64,000 nucleotides of DNA from Naegleria gruberi (Eukaryota): the NCBI GenBank assembly GCA_000004985.1, contig GG738848.1. One strand, 5' to 3'. The stretch's first letter is position 1. Every line of letters starts with the position of its first letter. Shown in pieces: positions 58,704 to 64,000 of the stretch. A program made the translations under genes and the position numbers. Below the pieces are notes generated by a model. It had not been told where the DNA came from. It was given only the letters and a program-made list of their open reading frames with translations, and ran no database searches.

Positions 58704-60812
58704 ATGACTCAACATCACTGTGATTCTGTACTATCCACATCGTCACCCATATCATCCTCATTCTCTTCTGTGGAGTCTCTTGCCGGCAAGGAATTGGAAA
58801 ATCATTCTTCCTCCAGTGTTGGTGTTGGTGCCGAATCAGATATTCAATATAATAATAACCAACAAGTACAACATGAATCATTGTCTAATAACATGCATCC
58901 AAATCATCATCATAATACCACAACTACCACTAGTAATGTCGACGAGCCAATACATAGACCATCACTGAGGAAAAATAGTACAACGGACGAATTTTTTCTA
59001 CCACTTTCATATATTCACTTTTCAGGTTCTTCGAGTATACCTGATTATTGGAAACCATTCATGTCATTACAAAGCTTTTTATTGGTGGGAATTGTTTATT
59101 TTGCTTACTTTTTGAATATATTATACTGTTTTCATAGTGGTGGAATGACTAATGGACTGTTGATGTTGCTGGTGAATGCATCAACAGTGGGTGTTAATTT
59201 TTATTGGTTTTTCTATACTGTGAATCCAAATGTGAAAGTTTTGATTTTCAATTTATTAATGTTTACATGCAGATTTTCACTAGTTCATAACAAAATGATG
59301 GTTCTGCCCAGTGTCTTTTCAACAATAACTACAACTTCAAAGGGAAGTTTAAATAGTCCTTTTAAAGCATTCTTTCCAATAGTATACACATGTGCTCATT
59401 ATTTTATTTGGGGTATGGCAAAGTATGAATTTAACTTGATGGACATGGATTCACTGTTAGAGTTTTTATTTCATTATGGAACTTTGATAATTTCCGCATT
59501 GCTTTTTGGAATTTATAATTTATACTTGATGATTCAGTTATCATCAGAGTGTAAGGCAATGAAGGAGGCAACTAGAAAAATTCAAACAGCACTCGATGTT
59601 AAATCAGATTTCCTCAGTCACATCACTCACGAGTTTAGAGTCCCTTGTTTATCAAGTTTGGGTTCGATATCACTGCTTAAGGAAACTGAATTGGCACCAC
59701 AACAATTGGATTTCATTGCCACTATAGAATCTGCCAACAACATTTTGTTATCACTTATTGAGGACATTTTACTTTTTGCCAAGACAGAACATGATGTAAA
59801 TCATCCACCTAAGGAAACCAGCTACATATCTTTCAGCTTGTTCAACTCCATCAATTCACTCTACTCTCTCACAAAGGGCTATGCCACCAACTTTAAAGTG
59901 GATGTGAAATTTTACATTGATAAGAATATTCAAAATATGAAAGTTTTCTTCAATCACACCAAATTGCAGCAGTGCCTATCCAATCTTCTCACAAATGCCA
60001 TCAAGGCCTCAAAACCAAACGATACAGTGCAATTAAAATGTGAAATCCTAGGCAATGGCCAAAATGAGGGAGAAACCATTTTCCAATTCCAAGTTATTGA
60101 TCATGGAATTGGTATTCCTAAAGAAAGACAAAAAGATTTATTCGTTCCATTTGCTCAATTGCATCAAATCAATGAAGATTTGGTTCCTAGCTCTGGACTC
60201 GGATTGGTAACATGTCTCAATATTGTAAAATCCGTGAATGGAACAATTGATCTATTTTCTGAGAATGGAACAACAATATTTACTGTACAAATTCCAATGA
60301 AAGCTAGCAATATCGAACAAGAAGATATACTTAACTTTTTTGAAGAACCATCCAAACTGAATACTTCTCTCAAGAGACAACTACAAGTTCACACAGATTA
60401 TCTGTACAGAATGGAACAAGATAAGAAAATTTTAACAAACAGAGAATCTAATCCTAATAGCTCCTTACCAAAAATTATCCTAGCAGAAGACAATTTTGTC
60501 AACAGAAAAGTCCTCATTAAATTATTCGAAAGTTTGGGGCAGAGTTTAGATTCTGTGCGAGATGGAAAGGAATTAGTTGATTCATTCAAACCTGAACAAC
60601 ACAAATTAATTATCACCGATATGCACATGCCTATCCTTAATGGTTTAGAAGCATCCAAAGTTATCAGAGAAAAACATCCCAATTCAAAAATTGTAATGAT
60701 TACAGCTGATGCTCTAATTAATATTTCTTCCTATTTGGAAGTTGTTGATAAAGTTATCAGCAAACCTTGCAGCAAGGATGATTTGAAGAAAGTAATTAGT
60801 GAGTATCTCTAA
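58704..60812 (+). CDS. Membrane-bound hybrid histidine kinase (HisKA + HATPase_c + receiver domain)
   Basis: ATG at 58704. Ser/His-rich N-terminus (HPNHHHNTTTT) and 5-6 predicted TM helices. H-box FLSHITHEFRVP, N-box LLTNAIKAS, G1 VIDHGIGIP, F-box FVPFAQ, G2 GLGLVTCLNIV. Receiver domain ILLAEDNFVNRKV...LIITDMHMPILNG...IVMITADA. Ends in TAATAA. Confidence 0.85.
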   Translation: MTQHHCDSVLSTSSPISSSFSSVESLAGKELENHSSSSVGVGAESDIQYNNNQQVQHESLSNNMHPNHHHNTTTTTSNVDEPIHRPSLRKNSTTDEFFLPLSYIHFSGSSSIPDYWKPFMSLQSFLLVGIVYFAYFLNILYCFHSGGMTNGLLMLLVNASTVGVNFYWFFYTVNPNVKVLIFNLLMFTCRFSLVHNKMMVLPSVFSTITTTSKGSLNSPFKAFFPIVYTCAHYFIWGMAKYEFNLMDMDSLLEFLFHYGTLIISALLFGIYNLYLMIQLSSECKAMKEATRKIQTALDVKSDFLSHITHEFRVPCLSSLGSISLLKETELAPQQLDFIATIESANNILLSLIEDILLFAKTEHDVNHPPKETSYISFSLFNSINSLYSLTKGYATNFKVDVKFYIDKNIQNMKVFFNHTKLQQCLSNLLTNAIKASKPNDTVQLKCEILGNGQNEGETIFQFQVIDHGIGIPKERQKDLFVPFAQLHQINEDLVPSSGLGLVTCLNIVKSVNGTIDLFSENGTTIFTVQIPMKASNIEQEDILNFFEEPSKLNTSLKRQLQVHTDYLYRMEQDKKILTNRESNPNSSLPKIILAEDNFVNRKVLIKLFESLGQSLDSVRDGKELVDSFKPEQHKLIITDMHMPILNGLEASKVIREKHPNSKIVMITADALINISSYLEVVDKVISKPCSKDDLKKVISEYL

Positions 60813-60896
60813 TAAAACAATCATCTTAACAGAACAAAAGATTCCACAACTATCTATTCACAAGAAATTTTTTCTAGTTAAACGAAGGCTAAACAT

Positions 60897-62411
60897 TTAT
60901 TTACAAGTAAAAGTTAAATCTGAAAAGTTTCCCTGTTCCATACCTTGCCTTAAGGATTTGAAAAATGATAACAAATCCAAAGACATTTCCATTTTTAAAA
61001 CACAACCAAAATCAAATCGATTTGGATATAAATGCAATTTTCCAAATATTCTTTCATCTAATGAGAGTAAAATTTCAACCTGTTGTTTAACTTGATCAAT
61101 AAATCTTTCCTGCGCTAAATATTTTTTAACCCAATTTGGTCTATAGCCAGTTGTATCTATTTTTCTTTTTCCAACTACATGTACCTTTCTATCTTTTGTA
61201 ATAACAAGCAAATATAATTGACCAAGACTAAATAATTGATCAATTTCGCCATCTAATGGATAAATATCACCAACTGAAATAATTTCAGTACCATTTTCAT
61301 CAAAATATTTTCCACACATCAATAATTTCTTATCTTTTGTTAAAAAAATACATCTTTCATCATATCCAATTGGATAAACGTGTTGAATTTCATATTTCTC
61401 ATCAATTAAATCACATTTACATGCTGGATATGAATGAAATTGGCCAACGTCTGATGCAATATAATCATATATTTCCTGCTTTGTTTTACCTTCTGAACAT
61501 CCAAGAACATAATTGGAATTCACACCTGATGCATATAATGCACCACTTTCAGTAATGAAATGGGTTTTATATGGACCTGGCATTACCTTTTTAATAGGTA
61601 AAGAATCAAATGAAATATCTGATAAAAATTCAATGATATTATCATCTTCACCATCTAAATTTAATTGACGATATGTATTATATCCATATCCATAAACTTT
61701 ACCACTTTTAGTTGTAAATACAGAATGTCCATTACAATCAAAATCAACTATTTCATCATTAAAATTATCAATATATTTAACTTTCTTTTCAACAAGTAAT
61801 ACATTGTAATGTGTATCATCAAATATTAAATGTTCCAATATATTATTATTAATACTAATTACTGAACCAGTAATATCCCAAATCGAATTCAAATTAGTTT
61901 TCATTAAAGTACCACTTGTATCAATTTTGATAACATGTTCATTCTTTCTAAATTGGAATGGTAATAATTTCAAATATTCATTCTGAATTCCAATAAAATC
62001 TTTCGAATCATTGAATAAATCATGACCAATTATTTTTTTAGCTTGTTCAGCAGGCCTGATAAATTTACTTGCATTTTCCATTTTAGAATAATTTAAATAA
62101 TATAAATAGTTAATACCATAAATGTCAATTAAAAATACTGCCAGATATGAACAATGCTGTGAATGCTCTATTTGTTTAATATTAAACAAATTTGATTCCG
62201 AATTAAATTTCAACATTCTAAATTCACCACCAACAAAGTCCTCCTCCTCATCAATATCCAAATTATAATACAAACACAATTGTTTACTATTTTGATGATC
62301 GGATAATTTAGTATTGGACATTATATCACAAAAATTAAATACTCCTTCAATGATGGTTGCACCATTTGATGTTGATGCAGTGGAATGATCATTGACATGA
62401 TGTTGAGACAT
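60897..62411 (-). CDS. RCC1-like repeat (beta-propeller) protein
   Basis: ATG at 62411. Repeats of RCC1 type (CNGHSVFTTKSGKVYGYGYNTYRQLN; THFITESGALYASGVNSNYVLG; CIFLTKDKKLLMCGKY; LLVITKDRKVHVVGK). The 3' end converges on the histidine-kinase gene with an 84-nt gap. Confidence 0.65.
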   Translation of the reverse strand: MSQHHVNDHSTASTSNGATIIEGVFNFCDIMSNTKLSDHQNSKQLCLYYNLDIDEEEDFVGGEFRMLKFNSESNLFNIKQIEHSQHCSYLAVFLIDIYGINYLYYLNYSKMENASKFIRPAEQAKKIIGHDLFNDSKDFIGIQNEYLKLLPFQFRKNEHVIKIDTSGTLMKTNLNSIWDITGSVISINNNILEHLIFDDTHYNVLLVEKKVKYIDNFNDEIVDFDCNGHSVFTTKSGKVYGYGYNTYRQLNLDGEDDNIIEFLSDISFDSLPIKKVMPGPYKTHFITESGALYASGVNSNYVLGCSEGKTKQEIYDYIASDVGQFHSYPACKCDLIDEKYEIQHVYPIGYDERCIFLTKDKKLLMCGKYFDENGTEIISVGDIYPLDGEIDQLFSLGQLYLLVITKDRKVHVVGKRKIDTTGYRPNWVKKYLAQERFIDQVKQQVEILLSLDERIFGKLHLYPNRFDFGCVLKMEMSLDLLSFFKSLRQGMEQGNFSDLTFTCK

Positions 62412-62751
62412 TTTTTTTGCTTGGTTGTGAGAAGTTGATTGTAATGTTGAAAAATCTTTTCTTATTCATGGATGTGGTGTTACATTGGAGATGGTGAAAA
62501 AGCGAATCAATAATGATGATATTCTTGAAGGAGGTCTTCAAAAATTCATTGTAAACATTAGCAAGGTTACATTTTGAAACAGAACACAATTATCTCAACA
62601 AGAAGATGAAATTTTTAATCTATTTTTCTAATGATTATGAACACAAAGGGAAATGATTCATAATATTGTTGAATTCAACATCTATATGATTCAGAATTAT
62701 TAATAGTTCTTAATGAGAGACTATTTTTTAATGGTTAATGTTACAAAAAAA

Positions 62752-64000
62752 ATGACGAACAATCAAAACCAGAGAAGTTATTCATCCTCATCAAATAATA
62801 ATAATAATAATAAGAATAGTGGTAATAATAGACGACAGAATCAGCAACAGCAGCATAATAATCAATCCAAGAAGAGGAAGCAAGATCAAACAATAAGCAA
62901 TAATTCAAATAATGATCATCATCGGAAACGAAAGTCTTCTCCAGAGGATATGGATAGTAAAATTGCAAGAATTCTCGGAGTAAATAATAATAATCAAAAT
63001 CAGCAACAATTTGCAAGTGCTTCTTCCTCTTCAACGACTTCTCATTCTACTGGAAGGAATAAATCCAAACAGAATAATAGAATAACATCACAAAAATCAA
63101 ACAATACAATTGCATCAGCATCATCTTCTGGGAATGCATTGCCAGGCTTTTATTTTGATAGTAAGGCGAATAGGTATTTTCCAATTCCAAAGAATGGACT
63201 TGAATGTTCTCTATTGGTAGGAAATTCGGAGGATAGAATGGTAGAGTTGGAAACCCACAAGATGAGTCAATTGAAGATTAGAAAGAAAATTGAAGTCCCA
63301 TCTACGAGTAGTCGCACAATTCAGTCAAATGTTGTGAAATATCAATCCTCTACATTATTGAATCATGATAGGAAGAATCAATTTTACACTCATATCAAAT
63401 CGAGAATGATTCATCCTTCAGATAATAGGTTGTACAATAAGCATGTTGTAAATAGAATGGAAAATTTCAAATTGTTAAATAATCTTTCGAATATTGATGA
63501 ATGGGAACAAAATGATGAGATTTTAAAATATCAAGATGTGCAGTCTAACATTCAAATTACGAGTTGTTCGTTAGTGAATAGAAATCAACAAGTTGTAAAT
63601 AGAAATATCATGACATCAATTCATAATGACATACTCTGTATTGGAGAATTTAAACTCCAAAAAGAGGATAATTATCAAGACATTATTCATTTATCATTCA
63701 GTGGAAAACCAATTTATTCCATCTCGATTAAGAAAAATAATAGAGGATCACATCTACATTTCATAGTGACTCCAAAACAGACCAGTAATTTATTCATTAT
63801 TCGATTTAGTTCATATGATGAACCAATCCATGAAAAATTCGCCCTTTCTAAGAATAAGACTGTATTCTCCCAATCCATTCATCCAAACAATAGGTGGTGT
63901 GCCATAGGGCTCAATAAGGGTGGCATTATCATTGATTTGAATTCTCTTATATCAAAATCTGCTCCAAACATTAAGGCATCTACAATAGCTTTTATTTCGA
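62752..64000 (+). CDS. Hypothetical protein, 3' partial (the ORF runs off the window end)
   Basis: ATG at 62752 and no stop through nt 64000 in frame 1 (I checked codon by codon); it is absent from the ORF track. Asn/Gln/Ser-rich N-terminus with basic KKRK/RKRK motifs, then non-repetitive sequence (GFYFDSKANRYFPIPKNG...RWCAIGLNKGGIIIDLNS). Confidence 0.55.
   Translation, partial: MTNNQNQRSYSSSSNNNNNNKNSGNNRRQNQQQQHNNQSKKRKQDQTISNNSNNDHHRKRKSSPEDMDSKIARILGVNNNNQNQQQFASASSSSTTSHSTGRNKSKQNNRITSQKSNNTIASASSSGNALPGFYFDSKANRYFPIPKNGLECSLLVGNSEDRMVELETHKMSQLKIRKKIEVPSTSSRTIQSNVVKYQSSTLLNHDRKNQFYTHIKSRMIHPSDNRLYNKHVVNRMENFKLLNNLSNIDEWEQNDEILKYQDVQSNIQITSCSLVNRNQQVVNRNIMTSIHNDILCIGEFKLQKEDNYQDIIHLSFSGKPIYSISIKKNNRGSHLHFIVTPKQTSNLFIIRFSSYDEPIHEKFALSKNKTVFSQSIHPNNRWCAIGLNKGGIIIDLNSLISKSAPNIKASTIAFIS

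Noticed and set aside
60813-60896. A C-terminal BTB domain continuing the RCC1-like gene (the protein ends ...SDLTFTCK, like a BTB start)
   Set aside because: Only 84 nt remain before the convergent histidine-kinase stop. There is no room for another exon on that strand, so the resemblance is probably coincidental.
1-64000. Mobile elements, tandem repeats, CRISPR arrays
   Set aside because: No terminal inverted repeats, LTR pairs, transposase or reverse-transcriptase ORFs, or direct-repeat arrays were seen. The only duplicated segment longer than about 100 nt that I noticed is the 5S gene pair.

Overview
This is AT-rich eukaryotic nuclear DNA, roughly two-thirds A+T by eye, and gene-dense, with little repeated sequence beyond the two 5S genes. 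I count about 40 protein-coding genes on both strands, 7 tRNA genes and 2 dispersed 5S rRNA genes. It is not prokaryotic: I see no operons, CRISPR arrays or IS elements. Where two ORFs had to be joined, the introns are short spliceosomal GT-AG introns of about 43-81 nt, with GTAAGT/GTATGT/GTGAGT/GTAGGT donors and (A/T)AG acceptors. Several tRNAs carry small anticodon-loop introns. Most coding sequence sits in single large ORFs, including a 14.6-kb intronless gene. Many proteins contain Thr, Gln, Asn or Ser homopolymer tracts, which looks amoebozoan or dictyostelid-like, but I cannot assign the organism from sequence alone. The gene content is a mix of housekeeping functions (ubiquilin, RPS12, mitochondrial enoyl-CoA hydratase, RidA, dihydroneopterin aldolase, a PQ-loop transporter, a GH99 endo-alpha-mannosidase) and an environment-sensing/signalling set. 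The latter comprises a giant RNF213-like NTPase with an RZ zinc finger, a membrane hybrid histidine kinase, four F-box/LRR genes, two divergently arranged RGS-like receptor paralogs, and a DUF4116 gene. Oddities are a DNase I-like gene interrupted by an 80-nt non-canonical insertion, a catalytically dead GPx-like protein and a truncated ADF-H fragment. The ORF track misses every RNA gene, all spliced gene models and the ORFs that run off both window edges. Its first 'M' is often a TTG/GTG alternative start, so I re-derived ATG starts. Coordinates of starts and splice junctions were read by hand from the printed sequence and may be off by 1-2 nt.
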